64,000 bases of DNA, taken from NCBI GenBank assembly GCA_963757605.1, contig CAVWSF010000001.1, positions 632,349 through 696,348 on the forward strand. The letters run 5' to 3'. The notes under the pieces are model-generated. The model saw nothing but the letters and a program-made list of their open reading frames with translations, was not told the DNA's origin and did no database searches. A program made the translations under genes and the position numbers. The stretch comes from an uncultured Actinomycetes bacterium. GTDB taxonomy: Bacteria; Actinomycetota; Thermoleophilia; Gaiellales; JAICJC01. How positions within the stretch are numbered: the stretch's first letter is position 1; each line of letters starts with the position of its first letter. Of this stretch, positions 9,735 to 19,197 are shown piece by piece.

Positions 9735-11360
9735 TTACTCCGGTGGCAGCGCCTGCTGCGCGAGTGTCAGGCTGATCCCGCGGCGCTTGCTCACCGCGAA
9801 CGCCGCGAGCCAGATCGCCGTCAGCCCGGCGATCTCGATCGCCATCACCTCCACGGCGGTGCTCGTCTTCAGGCCCGCGAGCTCGCCCCAGTGCGTGAAC
9901 ATCGTGATGTAGATGAAGTAGGCCATGATGGCCGCGTCGATCGCGCCGACGATGCTGAGGAGCGGGATGCCTCCGACCCGCCGGTTGACCGGTGAGTCCT
10001 CGAACATCTTCCGGGCCGTGTAGGGAAACAGCACGGCCGCGATCCCGGTGCACATCCACACGAAGATCGCCATCAGCGCCACGATCGCGAACAGCAGCAC
10101 GATGTCGCTCGCCCAGTGATACACGGCGAGCAGCAGGTAGCCGACCGAGACGACGATCATGAACAGCGTCGAGAAGAGCGGCGTGTGCGTGCGCGGGCTG
10201 ACCTCGCCGAAGATCGGCGGCACGACCCGGTCGATCGCCCAGGCGAGGCTGTTCCGCGTCAGCATGAGATAGCTGGGAAGGATCGTCCCCGTGATCCCGG
10301 CCACGAATGACACACCCAGCAAGACCGCGAGCCACGAGTGCGGGTGCGAGATCGTGATCAGCGCGTAGAGCGCCGGCTGCGACGGGAACGGCCACACCTC
10401 GGGGTGGGCGAAGGTCACGTAGCCCGCGGCGCCGAGGAAGTCCGCGCCCATCACGTGCACCGCGAGGATGGCGATCAGCACGAGCAGTCCCGTCGCCAGG
10501 GCGGCGCCCGCCAGCATGGCCGGGAGCATCTTGCTTCTGGCCTGCCTGACCTCGCCGCCCCAATAGGTCGGGATGTAGCCGTAGCCGATCGCGACGCTCA
10601 GGATGATGAACGATGCGAAGAGCGCTCCGGTGTCCGCGTGGTTCGGGAAGACGCCGTCGCCATGGGCGGCGGCGACGATCTTGTGCACCGACCCGACTCG
10701 GTGGAAGTCGCGCACGAAGCCGCTCGGGCTCACCGTGAGCAGGCTGATGAGCGCCGCGACGGCTCCCACCAGGCCGACGATGAAGAGGCCGATCGCCCAG
10801 CGGGCGACGGCGCGGACGCTGAAGAGGCTGATCACGCCGGTGATCACGATCAGCGCGCCGGCGATCCACACCTGGCCCGCCTGCGACGTCACGTCGGACG
10901 TGTAGTTGTCCCAGCGAGAGTTGCCCGTGATGAACGCGAGCGACTCGAACATCGCCGGAAGCCCGAACTGCGGCACGGTCAGGGCGACGTTGCCCAGGCC
11001 GGCGATGAAGACGAGCGAGATGATCCCGTTGACGACGAACCCCGCGAGCGGATGCACGACGCGGCTCAGGAACAGGTAGTCGCCGCCCGACCGGGGCATC
11101 GCGCTCGAAAGCCAGCCGTAGGTGACGTAGTGCGGTACGCACAGCGCGAAGGTGAGGGCGAACGCAAGCGCGATGTTGGCGCCGGTGAACGTGCTCGGCA
11201 CCAGCGTCAGATACGTCACGCCGAGAAAGACCGAGATGTAACTCGCCGAGAGGACGACGTTGTCGGTGAGCGAGAGCTCACGTACCAGCCCGGTGGCCTG
11301 GCGGACGAAGAGGTGGTCGCCGCCGCCTGGGCTCGCTTCGATGGGCGGATCAAGACTCAC
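9735..11360 (-). CDS. APC family amino acid/amine permease
   Basis: FVRQATGLVRE, MPRSGGDY and AWAIDRVVP; about 12 TM. Confidence 0.9.
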   Translation of the reverse strand: MSLDPPIEASPGGGDHLFVRQATGLVRELSLTDNVVLSASYISVFLGVTYLTLVPSTFTGANIALAFALTFALCVPHYVTYGWLSSAMPRSGGDYLFLSRVVHPLAGFVVNGIISLVFIAGLGNVALTVPQFGLPAMFESLAFITGNSRWDNYTSDVTSQAGQVWIAGALIVITGVISLFSVRAVARWAIGLFIVGLVGAVAALISLLTVSPSGFVRDFHRVGSVHKIVAAAHGDGVFPNHADTGALFASFIILSVAIGYGYIPTYWGGEVRQARSKMLPAMLAGAALATGLLVLIAILAVHVMGADFLGAAGYVTFAHPEVWPFPSQPALYALITISHPHSWLAVLLGVSFVAGITGTILPSYLMLTRNSLAWAIDRVVPPIFGEVSPRTHTPLFSTLFMIVVSVGYLLLAVYHWASDIVLLFAIVALMAIFVWMCTGIAAVLFPYTARKMFEDSPVNRRVGGIPLLSIVGAIDAAIMAYFIYITMFTHWGELAGLKTSTAVEVMAIEIAGLTAIWLAAFAVSKRRGISLTLAQQALPPE

Positions 11361-11446
11361 CGTTGATCACTCCGGTTCGGTGACATCTACGGCTCCGATC
11401 GGCTCGGGGTGCGGGGCGCCGACCGTACCACCTGCCGGTGAGCACG

Positions 11447-11477
11447 TCAACAACAGGGTTGCGGAACAATTCAACAG
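11447..11477. promoter_or_regulatory. Candidate GntR-binding region (repeated CAACA/GAACA half-sites)
   Basis: TCAACAACAGGGTTGCGGAACAATTCAACAG, an AT-rich patch between the divergent permease and gntR. Confidence 0.35.
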
Positions 11478-11496
11478 GCGATATCCTCGACGCTGG

Positions 11497-12177
11497 ATGG
11501 CGGAGCCGACGATCCACCTTGCAAGCGTCAACGAGCAGGTGGTGTCGGTGCTCCGCGAGCGAATCCTCACGGGCCAGCTGCCACCGGGGGCGCCGCTTCC
11601 GGAGGTGGGCCTGTCACGCCAGTTCGGCGTCTCGCGCAACACGATCCGTGAGGCCGTGCGGGCGGTTGCCCGCGAGGGGCTCGTGAACGTCGACCGCAAC
11701 AAGACCGCGACGGTCGCCGAGCTGACCGACGCGGACGTCGCCGATCTCTACAAGGTGCGCAGGCTGCTCGAGCTGTCGGCGGTCGAGGATCTCAAGGCTG
11801 TTGCGGACAGCGACCTGGCCCACCTGAACGCGACCTGCGACCAGCTGGTCAGCGTCGTTCCCGCTGCCGCCGCGGTGGACGACTGGGCGGCGATCTGCGA
11901 CGTCGACCTCGAGTTCCACAAGAGCATCGTCGCCCTGCGCACGAGCCCGCGACTGGTGCGCACGTTCCAGAGCATCCGCTCGGAGCTGACGTTCTGCCTC
12001 ACGCTCATCACCGCCGAGGAGCGCCGCATGGGCCGAACGGATCGCCTCGTGAACGAGCACCGGGAGATCCGCGACGCCATCGTCGCGCGCGACTCGGCAT
12101 CGGCCGGCCGGCTGATCGGCGAGCACCTCGACCTGTACGAGGCGGAGACGCGCCGCTCGCTGGCGAACCGGCCGTGA
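11497..12177 (+). CDS. GntR family regulator (FadR/FCD type)
   Basis: LRERILTGQLPPG..LPE..LSRQFGVSRNTIREA; FCD motifs FH and EH. Confidence 0.92.
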   Translation: MAEPTIHLASVNEQVVSVLRERILTGQLPPGAPLPEVGLSRQFGVSRNTIREAVRAVAREGLVNVDRNKTATVAELTDADVADLYKVRRLLELSAVEDLKAVADSDLAHLNATCDQLVSVVPAAAAVDDWAAICDVDLEFHKSIVALRTSPRLVRTFQSIRSELTFCLTLITAEERRMGRTDRLVNEHREIRDAIVARDSASAGRLIGEHLDLYEAETRRSLANRP

Positions 12178-12228
12178 CGCGGTCAGGCCGCGGCGGCGCA
12201 GCTCGGACGCTCTGAGCCGTTCGAGGGA

Positions 12229-12611
12229 TCACGCGGCCGCGCGCATGAGCCGCCTGAGCTCACGCGGCATCCGGTCGTGGCCCTTGCGGATGAGCACGAG
12301 GTTCTTCTGCCCGACCGCGACGACTGCAACCGACGGAGGACGCCTCGGAGCTCGGCGAGCCGGATCGGCCCGCCGCCTTCTGCGGGGAGCTGCCCGCCCG
12401 TGTCGTCGCACGGCGGCATGAACGCCTTGCCAAGCATCCGCCCCGGCACCGGCGAGACCTTCACTGACGTGCCGAGGTAGATGTGACCATGGAAGCGCAC
12501 GAAGTAGGCGCACGATGCCGACCCGCCGGCCTGCATGCCGACATGGGAGGCGGAGCAGCCGGTCGCGGCGAGCACGGTGGTGAGGAGGAGGATCAGAAGG
12601 GCTCGTTGCAT
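12229..12611 (-). CDS. Lipoprotein, DUF6281-like (one -1 indel near 12339)
   Basis: Lipobox LAATGC; SASCAY...PPCDDT; the C-terminus continues in the 12229 frame (PPSVAVVAVG...). Confidence 0.55.
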
Positions 12612-12618
12612 AGCCCTC

Positions 12619-12645
12619 AGACGGCGCCGTTACCGGTTGGGTCCC
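12619..12645 (-). promoter_or_regulatory. Candidate ECF-sigma promoter GGGAC-N17-CGTCT
   Basis: The -10 CGTCT lies 7 nt before ATG 12611; resembles actinobacterial SigE-type promoters. Confidence 0.35.
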
Positions 12646-12700
12646 CTGACCTTGACACTCCGTCTGGCTCGGATGTCGCCGCTTGGTAGGGATTCCCCGC

Positions 12701-13022
12701 ATGTGGGTCTGGCTCAGCGTCATCGGCGCCCTTGGCATGGTCGCCGCTTCGTCATCATCGCCACGTACCCGATCCCTGACATCCCAGCGGCTGGTGCTCG
12801 TCCGGCGAACGCCCGGGGCACTACACCGTCCGGTCCGTCACCGAGACCGTGCTGTATCTGGACATCGCCGCCGCCGCGGCCGTGGTCGTGGCCGCCGGTG
12901 CGCTCACCGGCCGGCTCGGGTGGGGCGTTGTCGTGTCGGTGCCGACGGCGCTTCCGGTCGGCGCGTTCTTCCTGATCACCGCGTTCTTCTACGCGGGCGG
13001 GATCGACTGCGCCGTCTACTAG
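12701..13022 (+). CDS. Small membrane protein (two apparent -1 indels near 12748 and 12788)
   Basis: Reconstructed MWVWLSVIGALGMVA/FVIIATYPIPDIP/GWCSS...TVLYLDIAAAAAVVVAAGALTGRLGWGVVVSVPTALPVGAFFLITAFFYAGGIDCAVY*. Confidence 0.45.
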
Positions 13023-13039
13023 ACATACGCTTCCCGGCG

Positions 13040-13517
13040 ATGGGCCGCATCATCACGGCGGTGACGCTGGTCTCGCTCGCCGTGGCGGGCTGCCTCGGGT
13101 CGCAGAGCGAGCCGAGCGGGAAGCTGCGCGTGGTCGTGACGTTCGGGACCGAGCGGGTGTCCGACGGCTCACGCCAGTACACGCTGACGTGCGGCCCGGC
13201 CGGCGGGACGATGCCCGACCGGGAGGCGGCGTGCGGCGCGCTTGCCGACTATCTGAAGCACCGGAACGACCCCGGCCGGTTTCTGCAGCGGATTCTCGGC
13301 CACCGTCCCCAGGACGCTCGTCGACGGATCCTTTGACCGCCACCGGCTGCAGCTCACCCTCTCGAGCATCTCATGGTGCGGCGTTTCCGACGACCTGATG
13401 CGCGACTTCTGGGTGCTCTCGACGTTCCCGTGCTCCACGCCCGTCACGCACTACCCGAACCAGCATCCGTATTCGAAGGGCATCGCGCCGGAGCGGTGCC
13501 TGCGCGGACGTGGATAG
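13040..13517 (+). CDS. Lipoprotein with subtilisin-inhibitor (SSI)-like domain (one +1 indel near 13280)
   Basis: Lipobox VAGC; YTLTCGPAGGTMPDREAACGAL matches the SSI LTCxPxGGTHPxxxxAC pattern; open frame from 13281 to TAG 13517. Confidence 0.6.
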
Positions 13518-13541
13518 CTCGGTACTGTAGCCGAGCACGGG

Positions 13542-14117
13542 ATGCGCGAGATCGTGATGGAGCCCGCCCCGCGGACGGCCCGGATGGTCTACGGAATGAT
13601 CGCGGTGGTGACGATCCTGCTGACGGCGGGCGGTGCGCAGGAGAACGGCGGATGGCAGCGCGCCGCGATCGTGTTGTTCGGCGGCTTGGTGAGCGCGGTG
13701 TCGGCCACGGCCTCCACTCGCGGCCGCCGCGTCGCACTGCGGATCGACGATCACGACCTGCACTACTCCGGGTGGTTCCGCACACTGCAGGTTCCGTTGT
13801 CGGCCCTGACCATGATCGGCTGGATGGTCGTCCCACCCATGGGCTACCACATCGGAACCGGCTACATGCTCGTGTTCCGCGTCCGTGGCCGCCGACTGCC
13901 ATACCTGAGCGGCTCGGCGAGGTCGGTCGCCGATCGGCTGGGCACGTCTCAGCATGTCGTCATGCGACAGGTGGAGCTGGCAGCGACCGACCACGAGGTG
14001 CGGTACCGCGGACCAATCCCGGATATCTCGCCGAGCCTGTACGGCTGGATCCTGGTGTTTGCGGCTGCGGGGCTCCCCATCGGCGCAGTGGTGATCTACT
14101 ACGCGGTCGCCCGATGA
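13542..14117 (+). CDS. Hypothetical membrane protein
   Basis: 191 aa; two N-terminal TMs, a beta-rich middle and a C-terminal TM. Confidence 0.65.
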   Translation: MREIVMEPAPRTARMVYGMIAVVTILLTAGGAQENGGWQRAAIVLFGGLVSAVSATASTRGRRVALRIDDHDLHYSGWFRTLQVPLSALTMIGWMVVPPMGYHIGTGYMLVFRVRGRRLPYLSGSARSVADRLGTSQHVVMRQVELAATDHEVRYRGPIPDISPSLYGWILVFAAAGLPIGAVVIYYAVAR

Positions 14118-14135
14118 CGCAGCGAACGCGCGCCG

Positions 14136-15959
14136 CTACTCGACCGTGACGGTCTTGGCGAGGTTGCGCGGCTTGTCGACGTCGAGCCCGCGCCGCGTCG
14201 CGATCGCGTAGGCGAGCTGCTGGAGCGGGAGGACCGCGAGCGCCGCCTGGAGCTCCGGCTCCGTCCGCGGCAGGTAGAGGACGTGCTCGGCCAGCTCTTT
14301 GATCGCCTCGTTGCCTTCGGTGGCGACGGCGATCACGTGGGCGCCGCGTGCACGCACCTCCGCAACGTTCGAGAGCACCTTCTCGTAGACGTGCGAGTCG
14401 GTTGCGATGACGACCACCGGGGTCGCCTCGTCGAGGAGCGCGATCGGGCCGTGCTTCATCTCGCCGGCCGCATAGGCGTCGGTCGCGATGTAGGAGATCT
14501 CCTTCAGCTTGAGCGCGCCCTCGAGCGCGATCGGAAGGCCCATGTTGCGGCCCAGGTAGAGGAAGAACTCGTTCTGGAAGTAGCGGTCGGCGATCGGCTC
14601 GACCACGTCGCGGCGATCGAGCGTCCGCCGGGCCAGATCGGGCAGGTCGCGCACCTGCTCGAGGAGCGCGTCCGCCCGGGTGGCGTCGATCGTGCCGCGG
14701 ATCAGGCCCAGCTTGAGCGCGAGTAGGTACATGAGCGTGACCTGGGCCGTGAATGTCTTGGTCGCCGCCACGCCGATCTCGAGCCCCGCGCGCGTGTAGA
14801 GGACCGAGTCGCACTCGCGCGTCATCTGCGAGCCCATCACGTTCGTCACCGCGAGGACGTGGGCGCCGCGCGCCCGCGCCTCCTTCATGGCCGCCAGCGT
14901 GTCGATGGTCTCGCCCGACTGGGCGACGGCGATCACGAGCGTCCGCTCGTCGATGACCGCGTGCCGGTAGCGCCACTCGCTCGCGATGTCCGACTCCGAC
15001 GGGATCCGGGCCCACTCCTCGAGCAGGTACCGCCCGATCAGGCCGGCGTGGTAGGACGTGCCGCAGGCCAGGAACACGACCCGGGAGAGGTCGCGGATCT
15101 CGTGCTCGGAGAGCTCGAGGCCGTCGAGCTGGAGCTCGCCGTGGTAGAGCCGCTCGCCGATCGTCTCGGCGATGGCGTCGGGCTGCTCCTCGATCTCCTT
15201 CAGCATGAACGTCTCGTAGCCCTGCTTCTCGGCCGCCTCCTCGTCCCAGTCGACCTCGTCCACGCCGCGCTCGATCACGGCGCCGTCGCCGGAGAGGAAC
15301 GTGGCGCCGCCCGGCCGCGCGACCACGATCTCGTCGTCGTGGACGTACTGCACCTTGCGCGTCGAGCTCAGGAACGCGGGGATCGCCGACGCCATGAACA
15401 TCTCGCCGTCGCCCACCCCGACCACGAGCGGGCAGCCGCGGCGCGCGGCGACCAGCACGCCCGGGCTGTCGCGATGGGCGGCGGCGAACGCGAAGTGGCC
15501 GTCGAGGCGCGTGTACGCCGCCCGCACCGCCTCGACCAGGTCGCCGGAGTAGCAGTCCTCGATCAGGTGGGCGATGACCTCCGAGTCGGTGTCGGAGTGG
15601 TACTCGTGGCCGGCGTCCGAGAGCTCCCGCCGCAGCGTCGCGTAGTTCTCGATGATGCCGTTGTGGACGACGGTGACGCCCGAGCCCTCGCACGCCTCGA
15701 TCGGGTGCGCGTTGGACTCGATCACGCCGCCGTGGGTGGCCCAGCGCGTGTGCGCGAGCCCCATCGTGGCCGGGTGGGCCGACGTGCCCACCGCCTCGCG
15801 CAGCGCCGCCACCTTGCCGACCCGGCGGACGATGTCGACCTGGCCGTTCATGAGGCAGATCCCGGCCGAGTCGTAGCCGCGGTACTCGAGCCGCTCGAGG
15901 CCGTGGAGGAGGAGCTCCTTGCAGGGCCGCGACCCCACGTATCCGACGATCCCGCACAT
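14136..15959 (-). CDS. glmS: Glutamine--fructose-6-phosphate transaminase
   Basis: MCGIVG, LEYRGYDSAG, HTRWATHG, QSGET and [11 protein letters not shown]. Confidence 0.99.
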   Translation of the reverse strand: MCGIVGYVGSRPCKELLLHGLERLEYRGYDSAGICLMNGQVDIVRRVGKVAALREAVGTSAHPATMGLAHTRWATHGGVIESNAHPIEACEGSGVTVVHNGIIENYATLRRELSDAGHEYHSDTDSEVIAHLIEDCYSGDLVEAVRAAYTRLDGHFAFAAAHRDSPGVLVAARRGCPLVVGVGDGEMFMASAIPAFLSSTRKVQYVHDDEIVVARPGGATFLSGDGAVIERGVDEVDWDEEAAEKQGYETFMLKEIEEQPDAIAETIGERLYHGELQLDGLELSEHEIRDLSRVVFLACGTSYHAGLIGRYLLEEWARIPSESDIASEWRYRHAVIDERTLVIAVAQSGETIDTLAAMKEARARGAHVLAVTNVMGSQMTRECDSVLYTRAGLEIGVAATKTFTAQVTLMYLLALKLGLIRGTIDATRADALLEQVRDLPDLARRTLDRRDVVEPIADRYFQNEFFLYLGRNMGLPIALEGALKLKEISYIATDAYAAGEMKHGPIALLDEATPVVVIATDSHVYEKVLSNVAEVRARGAHVIAVATEGNEAIKELAEHVLYLPRTEPELQAALAVLPLQQLAYAIATRRGLDVDKPRNLAKTVTVE

Positions 15960-17266
15960 CAGGCTGTCCCTCCGAGCTCGGCGGCAACGACGTCAGCAAG
16001 ATGGTCGCACAGCCGTTCGCATTCGGTCGCATCGGCCGCCTCGACCATCACCCGCACGACGGGCTCGGTGCCCGACGCGCGCAGCACCACCCGGCCGTCC
16101 TCCCCCAGCTTCGCCTCGGCGGCCCGCACCTCCTGCCACACGCGGTCGGCGCCGTCGAGCGCAGAGCGGTCGGCCGTGACGGCCGCGAGCTTCTGCGGGA
16201 ACGGCCGCACGAGATCGGCCGCGTCCCGCATCGAGATCCCCAGCCGGTCGATCGCCGCGAGCAGCATGAGCGCCGTGGCGATCCCGTCGCCGGTCGTGTG
16301 GTGGGCGAGGTCGACGACGTGGCCGGACTGCTCGCCGCCCAGCGCCGCGCCCGTCTCCAACATGCGCTCGAGCACGTAGCGGTCGCCCACGTCGGTCACC
16401 TCGACCTCCACGCCGTGCTCGCGCATGAGGCGATGGAAGCCCAGGTTCGTCATGGAGGTGACGACGATGCGCTCCACGCCGCGGGCGAGCGCGATGGCCG
16501 CGATGATGCCGTCGCCGTTCACGGGCCGGCCGTCCGGGTCGACGGCCAGGCAGCGGTCGGCGTCGCCGTCGAACGCGAAGCCGGCGACGGCGCCGGAGCC
16601 GCGCACGGCCCCCGAGACGGCGTCGAGGTGCATGGAGCCGACTCCGGCGTTGATGTTCCGCCCGTCGGGCTCGGCGCCGATCGTGCCGACGACCGTGCCG
16701 CTCGTCGCGAAGACGGCGGGCGCGACGGCATGGGCGGCGCCGTTCGCGCAGTCCAGCACCACGGCCACGTCGGGCGCCTCCGCCGCGTAGGTGAGCGAGA
16801 GCCAGCTCGCGTAGGTGGCGGCGGCGTCCGCGAGCTCGCTGTCCGTCCCGCCGTCGACGGCCACGGGCGATCCCAGCGCAGCCTCGATCTCGGCCTCAGC
16901 CGCGTTGGCCAGCTTGCGCCCGTCGGGGCCGAGGAACTTGATGCCGTTGTCCTGGTAGGGGTTGTGCGAGGCGGAGATGACGCAGCCCCGCTCGGCGCCC
17001 TCGAGCCGCGTGAGGACGGCGACCCCCGGCGTCGGGAGCACCCCGGCCCGAAGCGCCCGCCCGCCGGCCGAGACGACGCCCTCGACGAGCGCATCCTCCA
17101 GCATCGGCCCCGACTCGCGCGTGTCCCGCCCGATCACGACGCAGGCCCCGGGACCGGCCGAGGCCGCCGCAGCCGCGCCGAGATCGCGCGCCAGGTCCTC
17201 GGTCAGTTCGACGCCCGCCACGCCCCGGACGCCGTCCGTCCCGAACAGCTTGCGAAGGGCTGTCAA
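15959..17266 (-). CDS. glmM: Phosphoglucosamine mutase
   Basis: LFGTDGVRG, SASHNP, DGDADR, GGEQSGH and RASGTEP. Confidence 0.97.
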   Translation of the reverse strand: MTALRKLFGTDGVRGVAGVELTEDLARDLGAAAAASAGPGACVVIGRDTRESGPMLEDALVEGVVSAGGRALRAGVLPTPGVAVLTRLEGAERGCVISASHNPYQDNGIKFLGPDGRKLANAAEAEIEAALGSPVAVDGGTDSELADAAATYASWLSLTYAAEAPDVAVVLDCANGAAHAVAPAVFATSGTVVGTIGAEPDGRNINAGVGSMHLDAVSGAVRGSGAVAGFAFDGDADRCLAVDPDGRPVNGDGIIAAIALARGVERIVVTSMTNLGFHRLMREHGVEVEVTDVGDRYVLERMLETGAALGGEQSGHVVDLAHHTTGDGIATALMLLAAIDRLGISMRDAADLVRPFPQKLAAVTADRSALDGADRVWQEVRAAEAKLGEDGRVVLRASGTEPVVRVMVEAADATECERLCDHLADVVAAELGGTA

Positions 17267-17276
17267 GGGAGGAGTT

Positions 17277-17672
17277 CTACCGCTTGGAGAACTGCGGCCG
17301 CTTGCGCGCCTTCTTGAGGCCGGCCTTCTTGCGCTCGACCTGGCGGGCGTCGCGGGTCAGGAACCCCTGCCGCTTCAGGTCGCCGCGCAGGTTGGCGTCG
17401 GCCTCGATCAGCGCCTTCGAGATCCCGTGGCGGAGGGCGCCGGCCTGGCCTGTGATGCCGCCGCCGTCGATGCGGGCGCGGACGTCGTAGGTCGCCTCCG
17501 TGCCGGTCAGCGCGAGCGGCGAGGTCGCGAGCGCCCGCAGCGTCCGGCGCGGGAAGTACTCCTCGACCGGCCGGCCGTTCACGGTGACGGTGCCGCCACC
17601 CGGCACCAGGACGACGCGCGCCACCGACGTCTTTCGCTTGCCCGTGCCGCGGTAGGCGACGGCGTCGGCCAT
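17277..17672 (-). CDS. rpsI: 30S ribosomal protein S9
   Basis: [21 protein letters not shown] and [19 protein letters not shown]. Confidence 0.99.
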   Translation of the reverse strand: MADAVAYRGTGKRKTSVARVVLVPGGGTVTVNGRPVEEYFPRRTLRALATSPLALTGTEATYDVRARIDGGGITGQAGALRHGISKALIEADANLRGDLKRQGFLTRDARQVERKKAGLKKARKRPQFSKR

Positions 17673-18106
17673 CAGGACGCCACCTCCATCGGCACCGGGC
17701 TCTGGGCCGCGTGCGGGTGCTCGGGCCCGGCGTAGATCTTGAGCTTTCGCAGCTGGGCCGAGGCGAGCTTGTTCTTGGGCAGCATTCCCTTGACCGCCTT
17801 CCGGAGCACCTCCTCCGGGCGCCGATCGAGCTGCTCGCGGAGCGTCCGCTCGCGCAGCCCGCCCGGGTAGCCGGAGTGGCGGTAATAGATCTTCTGGTCG
17901 AGCTTGTTGCCGGTGACGTGGATCTTCTCGGCGTTCACGACGATCACGAAATCGCCCGTGTCGACGTGCGGCGTGTAGGCCGGCTTGCCCTTGCCGCGCA
18001 GGACGCCCGCGATCTGCGTGGCGAGCCGGCCGAGCGTCTTGGCCTCGGCATCGACCACGTACCAGGCGCGCTCGAGCTCGTGCGGCTTTGCGGTGTACGT
18101 CCTCAT
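17672..18106 (-). CDS. rplM: 50S ribosomal protein L13
   Basis: [29 protein letters not shown] and GMLPKN. Confidence 0.99.
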   Translation of the reverse strand: MRTYTAKPHELERAWYVVDAEAKTLGRLATQIAGVLRGKGKPAYTPHVDTGDFVIVVNAEKIHVTGNKLDQKIYYRHSGYPGGLRERTLREQLDRRPEEVLRKAVKGMLPKNKLASAQLRKLKIYAGPEHPHAAQSPVPMEVAS

Positions 18107-18164
18107 CGGCGCTCCGCACTGTACTTGCGGGCCGAGGAGGCGGGCAAATGACAACCCCGCTCTT

Positions 18165-18443
18165 TCACACAGGCGTGAGGATCCTGTCGACGCCCTGCTC
18201 TTCGATCTCGGGCATCGGAAGCCCGAGCTCGGCGGCGATCGGGCCGACCTTCTCCTGGGCCAGCCGGTCGGCGGCGGCGCGCGACTCGTAGACGTCGACG
18301 GCCACGATTCCGTCGGTCGTCTCGCCCGCCCAATGGAAGAGCACGCCCGGCGCCGTGTGCCCGCCGAGATCCATCCGGGCGATCAGCTCGTCGTACTGCC
18401 CAAGCGTCCAACCGTGGCCCCTGAACGTGCGTGCGATTGCCAT
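18165..18443 (-). CDS. Small hypothetical protein, probable ABM-like ferredoxin fold
   Basis: [17 protein letters not shown]...DVYES pattern; divergent from padR. Confidence 0.7.
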   Translation of the reverse strand: MAIARTFRGHGWTLGQYDELIARMDLGGHTAPGVLFHWAGETTDGIVAVDVYESRAAADRLAQEKVGPIAAELGLPMPEIEEQGVDRILTPV

Positions 18444-18521
18444 GACGCAACCTCCATAGTCCTAGTCGGAGTGTACCCAGGAACTGCAGTAAACACTCCT
18501 ACTTGGGGTATTGTCAAGAGC

Positions 18522-19172
18522 ATGCGCCGGACGGCCACGACGTCGAACGCGATCCTCGGCCTGCTGGCGCTCCGGCCCGTGTGGTCGACGTGGGAGCTCG
18601 CGACCCAACTGGGCCGCAACATGCGGTTCTTCTGGCCGCGGGCCGAGAGCCGGATCTACGACGAGGCGCGCGTGCTCGACCGCAAGGGGCTGGCCCGGGC
18701 CACCCGAACGATGCACGGCCGCCGGCCGCGGACCACCTACTCGATCACGGCGCGAGGACGCCGCCAGCTCCGCACGTGGATGGCGACCCCGCCGCGGGCC
18801 ACGACCCTCGAGTGCGAGCCGATCCTGCGGGTGCTGCTCGCCGACCTCGGCACAACCGAGGAGCTCCTGACGGCGATCGCCCAGGTCCGCAGCGACGGCG
18901 AGGCCGTGCTCGCGGTCGGGCGGGTGGTGGGAGCCGAGTATCTCGCGGGGACCGCCCCGTTCCAGGACGACGTTCACGCCCGAGCGCTCGTCCTCGACTT
19001 CCTGAGCCACCACGCGATGGCGCTCATCGACTGGGCCGACCGGGCGGAGGAAGCGGTCGCGGGGTGGGCCGGGGCGACGGACGCCGAGCGCGCAACCGCA
19101 GCCGTCGAGACCGTGCGCCGGTGCCTGGCCGAATATCCGGCCGACCCCGGCGGGCGTGGCCCCAGCCCGTGA
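18522..19172 (+). CDS. PadR family transcriptional regulator
   Basis: AILGLLA, FFWPRAESRIY and YSITARGR. Confidence 0.88.
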   Translation: MRRTATTSNAILGLLALRPVWSTWELATQLGRNMRFFWPRAESRIYDEARVLDRKGLARATRTMHGRRPRTTYSITARGRRQLRTWMATPPRATTLECEPILRVLLADLGTTEELLTAIAQVRSDGEAVLAVGRVVGAEYLAGTAPFQDDVHARALVLDFLSHHAMALIDWADRAEEAVAGWAGATDAERATAAVETVRRCLAEYPADPGGRGPSP

Positions 19173-19197
19173 ACGGCTCCGATGCTACGTTTCTCGC

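Larger units (their letters stand above)
5440..14237. mobile_element. Putative genomic island inserted in the glmS 3' end (no integrase seen)
   Basis: Flanked by the glmS 3' direct repeats; contents are accessory genes. Confidence 0.65.

Noticed and set aside
5542..14135. Tn7-like transposon at attTn7
   Set aside because: No tns/tniQ genes and no recognisable Tn7 ends; Tn7 does not duplicate the glmS coding tail.
15959..16100. glmS ribozyme upstream of glmS
   Set aside because: The glmM stop overlaps the glmS ATG, leaving no untranslated leader.
14859..16379. Long antisense and alternative-frame ORFs (e.g. 14859..16379, 23473..25221, 31176..32687, 44153..45703, 56741..58786)
   Set aside because: Shadow ORFs expected from high GC3, lying opposite well-supported genes and showing no family motifs.
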